From NCBI GenBank assembly GCA_965203055.1, contig OZ241863.1, positions 1,088,001-1,152,000 of the forward strand: a stretch of 64,000 nucleotides of DNA, written 5' to 3'. This stretch comes from Spirochaetia bacterium (GTDB taxonomy: Bacteria; Spirochaetota; Spirochaetia; SZUA-6; Bin103). The translations under genes and the position numbers were made by a program. Within the stretch, counting starts at the first letter, position 1, and every line of letters starts with the position of its first letter. This document shows positions 30,320 through 40,169 of this stretch, piece by piece. Below the pieces are notes generated by a model, which searched no databases, was not told where the DNA came from, and saw only the letters and a list, made by a program, of their open reading frames with translations.

Positions 30320-31605
30320 GGTGGCCGCAGGTGGCCGCACCTGCTGAGGGCCGGTCCTTGTGTGCCGCTCGCATGTGGTATGATCGGCACCTGACCATGC
30401 ACGATGCCGGCTACAAGCGGTTGTTCGCGCAGCCGCACACGGTTCAGGACCTGCTGCGCGGCTTCGCCGCCCGTGACTGGAGCGAGGCGCTCGACTTCTC
30501 GACCCTCACCCCGGTGCCGGCCAGCTTCGTCAGCCACCGCCTGCGCCAGCGCCACGGCGATCTGGTGTGGCGGGTCCGGTTCCACGATGAATGGCTGTAC
30601 CTCCTGGTGCTGCTGGAGTTCCAGTCCACCGTCGAGCCGGCCATGGCAACGCGGATGCTGACCTACACCGGCATGCTGTACGAGAAGCTGATCGACGACG
30701 GCGTGCTGCGCGAACATGGCAAGCTGCCGCCGGTGCTGCCGATCGTGATCTACAACGGCAGCCAGCCGTGGACGGCGGCCGAGGACGTGGCGGAGCTGAT
30801 CGCGTTCGGCGGGGAGGCGCTAGCGCGGTATCAGCCGTCGTTGCGCTACTATCTGCTTGACCAGGGGCGGCTGGGAGCGGACGATCTGCCGGGTCGCAAC
30901 CTGGTGTCGGCGCTGATCGCGCTGGAGACCAATCGCGCGGATGAGCGGGTGCCGGAGTTGCTGGCGGCGCTGTTCGAGCGGCTGCGGGAGTTGGAGACCC
31001 CAGAGTTGACGCAAGTGTACCGGGAATGGGTGAATCAGGTGCTGGTGCCGCGCAAGATGAAGGGCACGGTGCTGGAATCGTTGCCGGGATCGGAGGAGGT
31101 AGGGCCGATGTTGCAGGAGTTGGTAGCCGGATGGGTCGCGGAAGGCCGCGAGCAGGGTATCGAGCAGGGTATCGAGCAGGGCCGCGGCGAAGAACGAAGG
31201 CTGTTGTGCCGGCAGGCGGCACGGAAGTTCACGCCGGAAACGGCGCCGCGGTTGTCCGTCCTGCTGGAGCGCCTGACCGATCCGGAGAGCCTGTTGCAGG
31301 TCGGCGACTGGATCATCGAGTGCAAGACCGAGAGGGATCTGCTGGCCCGCGTGCAGGACGCGATTCCATAACCGACGCTGAGCTGGATGAACGCACGAAA
31401 ATCGCCGGCGGTGATGGTGAACGTCATCCGGCCAAAGACGCAGCTCTCGCGCCGTTTCGTTGTTATCGCTCGTAACGGCGATCCGGTGGCGCGTCTTGTC
31501 GGCCTCGAGGGCACGCGGGGCACGCGCCGGTTCGGCGCGTTGCGGGATCGGATCGTCGTCGATGGCCGCTTCCCCGAACCGCTCCCGGAGAGCGAGCTGG
31601 CCCGC
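30320..31605 (+). repeat. Direct repeat copy 1 (~1.25 kb: promoter + rpn + phd remnant); copy 2 ~32755-33998
   Basis: Near-identical sequence by eye, including upstream GCCGCACCTGCTGAGGGCCGGTCC. Confidence 0.9.
30397..31371 (+). CDS. Rpn family recombination-promoting nuclease/putative transposase (copy 1)
   Basis: HDAGYKRLF, RHGDLVWRV, LLEFQS, LPPVLPIVIYNG, C-terminal EQG repeats; TGnTATGAT upstream. Confidence 0.9.
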   Translation: MHDAGYKRLFAQPHTVQDLLRGFAARDWSEALDFSTLTPVPASFVSHRLRQRHGDLVWRVRFHDEWLYLLVLLEFQSTVEPAMATRMLTYTGMLYEKLIDDGVLREHGKLPPVLPIVIYNGSQPWTAAEDVAELIAFGGEALARYQPSLRYYLLDQGRLGADDLPGRNLVSALIALETNRADERVPELLAALFERLRELETPELTQVYREWVNQVLVPRKMKGTVLESLPGSEEVGPMLQELVAGWVAEGREQGIEQGIEQGRGEERRLLCRQAARKFTPETAPRLSVLLERLTDPESLLQVGDWIIECKTERDLLARVQDAIP

Positions 31606-31626
31606 TGGGAGTCGTCGGCGAGCTGA
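31387..31626 (+). pseudogene. Phd/YefM antitoxin remnant
   Basis: KTQLSR joined directly to VVIARNGDPVARLV; RRFGAL; EPLPESEL. Confidence 0.6.
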
Positions 31627-31700
31627 TCGAAGAAATGGGACCGCAGTTGTTCGGCCCCCCGGCCCCGCCGCCGATTGAGACCTGTTGCCGCCCAGGGCGG

Positions 31701-31912
31701 CTACATGCTCTGAAATCCTGCCAATCGATTCCCAACTGCCGAACGGCCGCACGGATCGTTCCCGATTTCAGATCGCGTCCACCGTGGTCAGGAATGACCG
31801 TGGTTCTCCGGGACGCGGGATTGTACCACTTCCGATGAGAACCACTGCCTCGTCGTTGACGCTCGCTGCAACCGAGAAATCGCCAATTTCGGGCGACTTC
31901 ACGGTACGTGAC
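31701..31912 (-). pseudogene. hicA: HicA toxin remnant lacking a start codon
   Basis: VTYREVAR..LGC..RRGSGSHRKWYNP..TVIPDHGGRDLKSGTIRAAVRQLGI; begins GTC with in-frame TAG upstream. Confidence 0.7.
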
Positions 31913-32153
31913 TGGCCGCTATCACGGTTTCGAACCACACCGGGCCGTTTGCTTCGGTAATCCAGATGCTCCGCGGCAACAACCGGCCGTCCTCCTGGTA
32001 GAGTTCGATGACCGCGGCAAGAGCATCCTTGGCGTTTTCCAGGGCGTCACTCAGAGTATCCCCCTCGGTTACCAATTCCGGCAGCGCAGGAGAGGTCACG
32101 GTATAGCCGCCTTCCGGTTGAGGTGTCATGACCAGCGGTACTTTGTATTCCAT
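31899..32153 (-). CDS. hicB: HicB family antitoxin
   Basis: PQPEGGYTVTSPALPELVTEGDTLSDALENAKDAL. Confidence 0.8.
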   Translation of the reverse strand: MEYKVPLVMTPQPEGGYTVTSPALPELVTEGDTLSDALENAKDALAAVIELYQEDGRLLPRSIWITEANGPVWFETVIAASHVP

Positions 32154-32309
32154 CAATCGTCTGCCTTCGCAGGGTAGCATAACTCTTGCAGGCTGGCAGG
32201 CAGGTTGTCGAGCCACGCTTGATACTCCGCCTGCAGGTCGAGCAGCGTGCGTACTGCCTCCTGCCAGCGTTGCGGACGCGATCTGCTGCTGGCTGGCGCA
32301 GGGTGGCGC

Positions 32310-32654
32310 GCTGGCGGCTGTTGAGACTCTCGAACTGCTGCCGCAGCCGCTCCTTGGCTGCCGATGACACCTCCTCCGCTGCCAGCACCCGTTGATACGG
32401 CGTCTGCGGCGCATCGTACTGGCGCCGCGTCCGCGCTCCCTGCCTCGTCTTCGCCACCAGCTTCTGCGATCTTGACCAGGCGCCCGCCCCGCCAGATGAA
32501 CACGGTGCGCCCCCAGCAGCGCAGCACCCACGCGGCATGATGGCGCGTCCAGCCGTTCAACTGCATCAACTGATCCAGGATGATGCCCTTCGTGCGCCGC
32601 GACCCGCGCCAGTTCGCGCGTCACCGACTTGCGCTCTGCCATGGTCAGCCCCAT
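32310..32654 (-). pseudogene. Integrase-core-type transposase remnant (N- and C-termini only)
   Basis: MGLTMAERKSVTRE..ILDQLMQLNGWTRHHAAWVL joined to QKLVAKTRQGAR..YDAPQTPYQRVL; catalytic core absent. Confidence 0.6.
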
Positions 32655-32829
32655 CTCCTCCGACCTCCTGCCCCGATCTTGGGCCAGGTCGTTCGGGTGG
32701 ATTCTTAGATTAGATGAGGCACCACTTACCCCTCGAGTGGATTTGGGTGCGGCAATGCGCCTGGTTGCCGCACCTGCTGAGGGCCGGTCCTTGTGTGCCG
32801 CTCGCATGTGGTATGATCGGCACCTGACC

Positions 32830-33792
32830 ATGCACGATGCTGGCTACAAGCGGTTGTTTGCGCAGCCGCACACGGTTCAGGACCTGTTGCGCGGCTTCGC
32901 CGCCCGCGACTGGAGCGAGGCTCTCGACTTCTCGACCCTCACCCCGGTGCCGGCCAGCTTCGTCAGCCACCGCCTGCGCCAGCGCCACGGCGATCTGGTG
33001 TGGCGGGTCCGGTTCCACGATGAATGGCTGTACCTCCTGGTGCTGCTGGAGTTCCAGTCCACCATCGAGCCGGCCATGGCAACGCGGATGCTGACCTACA
33101 CCGGCATGCTGTACGAGAAGCTGATCGACGACGGCGTGCTGCGCGAACATGGCAAGCTGCCGCCGGTGCTGCCCATCGTGATCTACAACGGGCGCCAACC
33201 GTGGACGGCGGCCGAGGACGTGGCGGAGCTGATCGCGTTCGGCGGGGAGGCGCTGGCGCGGTATCAGCCGTCGCTGCGCTACTATCTGCTTGACCAGGGG
33301 CGGCTGGGAGCGGACGATCTGCCGGGTCGCAACTTGGTGTCGGCGCTGATCGCGCTGGAGACCAATCGCGCGGATGAGCGGACGCCGGAGTTGCTGGCAG
33401 CGCTGTTCGAGCGGCTGCGGGAGTTGGAGACCCCAGAGTTGACGCAAGTGTACCGGGAATGGGTGAATCAGGTGCTGGTGCCGCGCAAGATGAAGGGCAC
33501 GGCGTTGGAATCGTTGCCGGGATCGGAGGAGGTAGGGCCGATGTTGCAGGAATTGGTAGCCGGATGGGTCGCGGAAGGCCGCGAACAGGGTATCGAGCAG
33601 GGCCGTAGCGAAGAACGCAGGCGGCTGTGCCGGCAGGCGGCGCTGAAGTTCACGCCGGAAACGGCGCCGCGGTTGTCCGTCCTGTTGGAGGGTCTGACCG
33701 ATCCGGAGAGCCTGTTGCAGGTCGGCGACTGGATCATCGAATGCGAGACTGAGGAGGATCTGTTGGCCCGTGTGCAGGACGCGATCCCATAA
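32830..33792 (+). CDS. Rpn family nuclease/putative transposase (copy 2)
   Basis: Near-identical to 30397-31371, one fewer EQGI repeat. Confidence 0.9.
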   Translation: MHDAGYKRLFAQPHTVQDLLRGFAARDWSEALDFSTLTPVPASFVSHRLRQRHGDLVWRVRFHDEWLYLLVLLEFQSTIEPAMATRMLTYTGMLYEKLIDDGVLREHGKLPPVLPIVIYNGRQPWTAAEDVAELIAFGGEALARYQPSLRYYLLDQGRLGADDLPGRNLVSALIALETNRADERTPELLAALFERLRELETPELTQVYREWVNQVLVPRKMKGTALESLPGSEEVGPMLQELVAGWVAEGREQGIEQGRSEERRRLCRQAALKFTPETAPRLSVLLEGLTDPESLLQVGDWIIECETEEDLLARVQDAIP

Positions 33793-33807
33793 CCCGGATC
33801 GCCGGCG

Positions 33808-34070
33808 GTGACGGTGAACGTCATCCGGCCAAGACGCAGATCTCGCCTCGTTTCGTTGTTATCGTTCGTAACGGCGATCCGGTGGCGCGTCTTGTCGGCC
33901 TCGAGGGCACGCAGGGCACGCGCCGGTTCGGCGCGTTGCGGGATCGGATCGTCGTCGATGACCGCTTCTTCGAACCGCTCCCGGAGAGCGATCTGGCCGA
34001 TGGACGCCGTGATCCATGCGGGTTCTGCTCAATACCATGCCTGCTGTGGTGCCTTGCCGGTAGTGCACCG
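33808..34070 (+). pseudogene. Decayed phd antitoxin followed by a VapC/PIN toxin stump
   Basis: Second copy of phd remnant; ATG 34016 MRVLLNT then frameshifted LLWCLAG (cf. MRxLLDTHxLLW). Confidence 0.5.
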
Positions 34071-34110
34071 ACTTCGCGTGCAGATCACGACATGATCGGC
34101 AACCGCGGCG

Positions 34111-37100
34111 ATGTCCGACCCCAATAGGAAACGACGTACGTTGAAGCAGTCAACGATAAAGAGACTATACGCCCCTAGTGGGAACCAGTGTGCACACCCA
34201 GGATGTCAGAACCTGTTAATTGCACCAGAAACCGAGCAATCAGATGCTGCTGTTGTCAATAATATCTGCCACATATATGCAAGAAGCGATAGTGGCCCTA
34301 GGAATAACCCGGGCCTTACTGAAGAGCAACGAGATTCCGACGATAACCTGATACTACTTTGCGCGCATCACCACGGGATAGTGGACAAGCAACCGGAGAC
34401 CTACACCGCCGAGACACTCAAGCAATGGAAGCGAGAGCATGAGGCGAAAGTAAAGGACAGAATGTATTCCAATCGCATCCCGGTAGAATTCTTCACAAAG
34501 ATCATCGAAAAGGACATAAATAGACTCAGAAAGAGACTTTCCTTCGGAGATTCCAAGGACATCGAAACGGCACTATCACTCGCCTACCGGTTGACCGAAG
34601 GAAACTACTCGACTGGTCCGGACAGGGTCAGAGTGATCGGACTTGCATGGTGCGTCAGAGTTTTATCGGCCGGAGACAAGTTTGATGACGCCGAGCGATA
34701 CCTCGGCGCTGCCCGGAAAATCGGTTCCTGCGCAGAAATCAAGATCGCCAGTGCCATGACGTTGGCAGGCAAAAGAAACAAAAGAGGTGCGCTTAGCGAG
34801 TTAGGAGATCTCGATACGCCTACATCTCGATCGGCAGCATTCAAGGTGGTCGCCCGTCACGACGGACTGCAGCGAGCCATCGAGTGGCTCGACGCCTCGA
34901 ATATACCGCATGCAAAGCTCGACCACGATGGCAAATTGCTGCTTCTTAGGAGTCAACTTAAACTAGGTCTTTGGAACCAGGCGTTTGCAAGTCTGGATAT
35001 TGTCGACGATAACGATTTACGGGAAGCGCCGGCTCTGCATTTCTTCATCGGGATGACCAATCTGATGAAAGTTGTCCCGCCGGAGCTTCGCAACGTTGTA
35101 CTTCGATATCCGTCTTCTATCGGAGTGCCGCTTGCATCGGATACAATTGCGATGATCAACCTGCGTACCGCTTATTGTCACTTTGTCCGCGCAAGGGACG
35201 CGGCTAAGGACCTTGACTGTCTCGAAGCGTGCTCGACAGCAGAAGAATATTCGCTATGGACTGGTCTCAGACATCCTGACTTGAAGGCGCGTGCGCGACA
35301 CCGGCTCAAGCAGATACGGTGCGAGGACTCGTCGCGTCTTCGCTTTGTGTCGCTCGGTCTTCAGTTTGGACTCGATTTAGATAAACAGGACGTCGAGCGT
35401 AAGATCGAGCAGCAGATTGCCATCAGGGGAGGGCCTACATACGACACTGCCGTGGCGAGGTTTGCGATTGCGACGGCCCAAACGACACCGGGCGCGATAC
35501 TGGATTACCTCTCCAGGTACGGACGCGAACTGACTGATTTCATTGATAATCAGGCACTACGAAAGATCGAGATCGAGATGCTTGCGCGTGCCGGCCGTCC
35601 TCACGAGGCGAAGGAGCGCATGCGCGAGTTGTCGATCGACGGTACTTTGGATGCTGACGTCGATCGGCTCCAGGCGTGTATCGAAGAGTCGAAGGGAGCA
35701 GATCCAGTCGACATACGAAGACATCAGTTCGAACAGACGGATGATCTTATAGACTTAATACAGCTTGTAGACGGTCTCGAGTCAGCCAAGCGGTGGTCTG
35801 ATGTATGTCGCTATGGAAAAATACTTTTCGATAGGACAAAATCGATCGATCACGCGGAACGGCTGGCGCATGGTTTCCACATGACGGCAAGTGACGACCA
35901 CTTGTCTACATTTCTGACGGATAATTTTGAACTGGTCGAGAAGTCGTCGCGACTAAAATTTCTCCGCTGCGTAGCGCTATATTATGAGGGCCGATTTGTT
36001 GAGTCTCTCCAAGATCTGAAGAAGCTTCGTGATGAGTCGGGAGACTCGATTCAAGAGAAATCCTATCGTACACTTCAGATAGAAATCCTGGTCGCCTTAG
36101 GTGATTGGAAAGCTGTTACCGCAATCGTGACGGAGGAATACGGCAGACGAGACGAGCGGAGTGCGGAAGAACTGATGAAGTTGGCCGAGATAGCGTGCGG
36201 TCTATCATTTCCGTACGGTAAGGATATCGTGTTTGCAGCCGTAGAGAAGGGCAGGAGCGATCCGGCTATTCTGATGAGAGGGTTTAATCTGGCGTCGACA
36301 CATGGCTGGGATAATCATGAGGAAGTAGGGAAGTGGTTGCGGGATGCCGCGTCCTTGTCAGATACTGATGGACCGGTTTGGAAGATCTCCCTAAAGGAGG
36401 TCAAGGATCTGAGCAAGTCTTGGAATGGTCGTGTTACAGACGTATCGCGACGATTGTGGTCCGGAGAGGTTCCTATGTTCGTAGCGGCGCAGCTCATGAA
36501 TGCGTCTCTCTGCGGATTGGTCCTCGGGCAAGCGTATGGTAACTATGAAGAACGTGACCCTAGACGGAGATCGACGATCCCTGCCTATAGTGAGAATCGA
36601 CAGCGATCGACCACGACTGGAATCGATGGGACCTCGACAATCGCGGTGGATGGGACTGCGTTATTCACAATGAGCCTGTTGAACATCTTAGACAAATTTA
36701 TCGACTCATTCTCCATGGTCTATATTGCGCATAATACGTTGCCTTGGCTACTACATGAAAAACAGACGTCCATGTTCCATCAACGGCGACTGGTAGAAGA
36801 AGCGCGCGAATTACATCAGTTGCTTGCTACAAACGTATTAGAGATAATGTCGCCGAGTGTGGCGCCGAGTAGCGATCTGCGCGAACAGGTTGGTGGAGAT
36901 CTGGCTCAGATGATAGCGGAGGCAATGAAGTCAAGGAGCGGTGACGAGCCGCGGCCCCTTGTTGTCCGGTCGGCGCCCGTGTATCGACTGTCGTCCCTGA
37001 TGGAAGAAGAAGTCGATTTGATCGAATACTCCGATGTGTTAGTTTCGTGCAGTACGATCGTGAAGGCGCTCCGAACGAGGGGAGTGATCACGGTTACGGA

Positions 37101-38185
37101 GGAGAGACTGGCAAGCGAATATCTAGATCTTCATGAGCGATCGTGGCCAGATGAGCCGGAGCTAGCGGATAGAGCAACATTGTATTTGGATGATCTGTCG
37201 ATTACCTACTTCTTGCATATCGGTATCTTGGATAAAATCTACAGCGCGGGTTATCGAGTATTAGTTTCCCAAAGACGCGTATCGGATGCCAATCGTCTGA
37301 TTTCGTATCAGAGCGTTTTAGCGAAGGTGGACTGTGCAATTGAACAAGTCAGAGATGCGCTTCACAGGGGATTAATCGCAGGCAAGGTTTCGGTTGGAAA
37401 GAGGTTCGTCAACCGTGATATGGCGGACGAATCAATCGCGAGACACTCTACGATAGGTGTCGTTGGATTAGCAGATGTCTGTAATGCGATGGTGATCGAT
37501 GACAGGTTCATGAATAGACACCAGAATGTAGCCAATACCGAAGTTCTTACTACGCTTGATGTAATCGACATACTGGTTGGTCAGGGCGCTATGTCGGAGG
37601 ACGATCGGTTGGATTACCGTGCTTCTCTCCGTAGATATGGGTACGTCTCTATCTCTCTCGAACCCGACGAACTAAGGCAGCACATTGCGATGTCCACGGT
37701 AAAGGGTGGTGCGGTCTTAGAGACGGCTGAATTGAGGGCCATTCGAGAGAACATTCTAGCTCTTAGAATGGGACGTTGGATTCATAATCACGACGGATTC
37801 CTTTGGATCAACTCGTTCTTCAAGGTACTCAAGGATACCTTGAAGGATCTCTGGAGTGGTAGCGATGAACTTTCCAATGTCCGAGCTTGGTCGGATTGGA
37901 TCATGAGCCAGGTCGATATTCGTGGATGGATACACACTTTCGACAAGGTAAAGGATGGTGGCGTTATCGCGCGAATGTACATGATGACAGTCGCCGATTT
38001 GGTGCTTTCTCCGATGACGATTCCTGTGGAGAGACGGGATGAATTCCATCGTTTGGTTGGAGGAGCGAATACTGATTCCTATCAGGGACCATGATCGTGA
38101 AGTATTTTCGCAGATGGTCGGATATTGTCGAGAGTTGATTTCGAAAGCCGCTAATACCAACCTTAAGGAGTTTCAGAAGAAGTGA
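34111..38185 (+). CDS. Large protein: N-terminal HNH, helical/TPR-like middle, PIN-like C-terminal region; frameshift near 38053
   Basis: SGNQCAHPGC..CHIYA..GPR..NLILLCAHHHGIVD; IAVDGTAL, LYLDDL, MVIDDRF; ORF stops at 38094 as read, alternative frame ends at 38185. Confidence 0.75.
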
Positions 38186-40113
38186 GCAGTAGTCGCTACT
38201 GGAGGCGTTCGGTCGTACATTTCACATTACAAAATATAACACCGCTGGTGCGCGACGAGCTACTGGAGGATGCGAATTTTCGGAACGAATACGACATCAG
38301 GCCAGATCCTATTCTGCAGTTCGGCCGCGATCTTTTCGTCCAGGGATCGGATCTGTGTGATGCGATCCGCAGGGTCCTGTCGGGTTCCTCGACGGCAGAA
38401 ATTATTGATCAGAAGAATCGGACGTGCAGGGTCGAGCGGGTGGACGATACTTCGGGGGTTCCTAGAATTGTACTTTCTTTTAACGGTAGTTATACCGATG
38501 TGAGTGATCACTTCGTACTGTCGCCGGATGAGCGTACACGGTTGGGCTACTTTGACCGCTTGTTGCGTACCTCGAATCTGTCACGTGATCCGATATCGTC
38601 ATGGCGGACCGTAATATCAGATCGAGCACTTGAAGATCACGAGGTGTATGAGTTGATGGGTGATATTGCCAATACGCCAGTTCGAAGAATGCGAATTATC
38701 CAAAGCATGGTAGCTCGCGATGAGAGCATCCGGGTTGACTCCTTGGTACCTCGGTCACGTCGATATTTCGAGAGACTGGTGGGGGCGTATGATGGAAGCG
38801 ATAGTATACAGGATTACGCTTGTGGCGCTGGTCGACGGCATATTCAGGCACTACTGGAATGGGAGCCTTGTAACGGATTCTTTTATAGTCTTCTTTTGTC
38901 GGCACACTCATCGTTGGTCAATCAGATAGACGTCGAGAGAATTGACCCTGACGATCTTATGCGATCGTTTCGTTTTTTGGAAAAAAAGGGTGACGTGCTG
39001 TCGCGAATGGGGGCGATCGAGGTCGGGTTTCGGCTAATAGGAGTCATGCCGGACTTGGAACCGGTTCTCGTTCGTCTCATTGAGCGCATGCGGGATGATG
39101 ATGGCCATGGACCGAAGAGTGGAGTACGGTTCATGTCGTCACTGTTTCAACTCGTCGACGGTGAGATTTCTAGGGTACGTCTGTTTTCCGACCGCCCGGC
39201 ATTCTATCGTAGATTGGCGGCCATGGCGCACGCGGCGCTGTTGTATCGCATATTCGGAGACTCTTACGAGGGGATGGCGGAGGTCGGCAATCGGATAGTG
39301 CGAAGTTACGGGAGCCGATTTATGGTTCAAACGCTGATCGACACACGTACGGAACCACGGTGGGGCTTCGACCTGGCAGAGCCGATATTTCTTCGGTCGG
39401 AATTTATGAAACGTATAGTGGCGGGAGCGCAGCCTGTTTTTAGCGACATCAGGGATCGTCATTTGCGGTCGCTTTTTGCGGTGAATGAAGCCGACGGGTC
39501 TTGCCGAGGGCTGAATTGGACGCCTTTCCTTCAACCTGGTCCGCTTGAGGGTGCGGGCGAAGTCGAAGGTAGGGTTCCATCTGAAATCACCGAACTGGTC
39601 GATGAGTGGCTTGCTGTTGACCCGATTGATCCGGCTGCGTGTGCAGGTTTGGGCTATCTTGTACGTATTGTAGACGTTGCGGATCAAGCGGAATCACTTA
39701 GGAGCCGTGTGGAGGAAGACGGGTTCCGGTTTTCGGAATCGGAGGATAAAGAGTCTTTGGTGCACGCAATGCATGGCCTGGCGACGGTGGCGGCGGTAAC
39801 GAGGAGTGTGGCACTTGGAGACCGGATAGCGGTACTCGTCGGCAAATATCGACGCGATGCTCGATGCCGACTATCGGTCGCCGAGGCGGTGACGATTGTT
39901 CTTGCGGCGGCGGCGAGTCGCGGCGATTCGAAGGAATGGATGGATTATGTGGGGAGTGCGCTGACAGGTCTGGCGTTTGGTGAGTTAGCGGATGACGAGG
40001 GACATCAGCTTCAAGGCTGGTTGAGAGAGATCTGCGATATAGTTCCCGAATTATGGGGATTCTGTGGACAGGCTGACGCCGCGTTGGCGGCATACAACGG
40101 AAGACTTGCCTGA
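38182..40113 (+). CDS. Hypothetical protein (643 aa), partner of the HNH-PIN protein
   Basis: Long ORF with the same low GC; AAGGAG RBS; GTGA overlap with the repaired upstream gene. Confidence 0.75.
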   Translation: MSSSRYWRRSVVHFTLQNITPLVRDELLEDANFRNEYDIRPDPILQFGRDLFVQGSDLCDAIRRVLSGSSTAEIIDQKNRTCRVERVDDTSGVPRIVLSFNGSYTDVSDHFVLSPDERTRLGYFDRLLRTSNLSRDPISSWRTVISDRALEDHEVYELMGDIANTPVRRMRIIQSMVARDESIRVDSLVPRSRRYFERLVGAYDGSDSIQDYACGAGRRHIQALLEWEPCNGFFYSLLLSAHSSLVNQIDVERIDPDDLMRSFRFLEKKGDVLSRMGAIEVGFRLIGVMPDLEPVLVRLIERMRDDDGHGPKSGVRFMSSLFQLVDGEISRVRLFSDRPAFYRRLAAMAHAALLYRIFGDSYEGMAEVGNRIVRSYGSRFMVQTLIDTRTEPRWGFDLAEPIFLRSEFMKRIVAGAQPVFSDIRDRHLRSLFAVNEADGSCRGLNWTPFLQPGPLEGAGEVEGRVPSEITELVDEWLAVDPIDPAACAGLGYLVRIVDVADQAESLRSRVEEDGFRFSESEDKESLVHAMHGLATVAAVTRSVALGDRIAVLVGKYRRDARCRLSVAEAVTIVLAAAASRGDSKEWMDYVGSALTGLAFGELADDEGHQLQGWLREICDIVPELWGFCGQADAALAAYNGRLA

Positions 40114-40169
40114 ATTCGGAATCGATTGGTGATATTTGAGCAGCATGGACAGCATGATTGGTGGCGGGC

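Noticed and set aside
32170..32300. Peptide SRPQRWQEAVRTLLDLQAEYQAWLDNLP upstream of hicB
   Set aside because: Looks like a fragment of a small mobile-element protein but has no start and cannot be assigned
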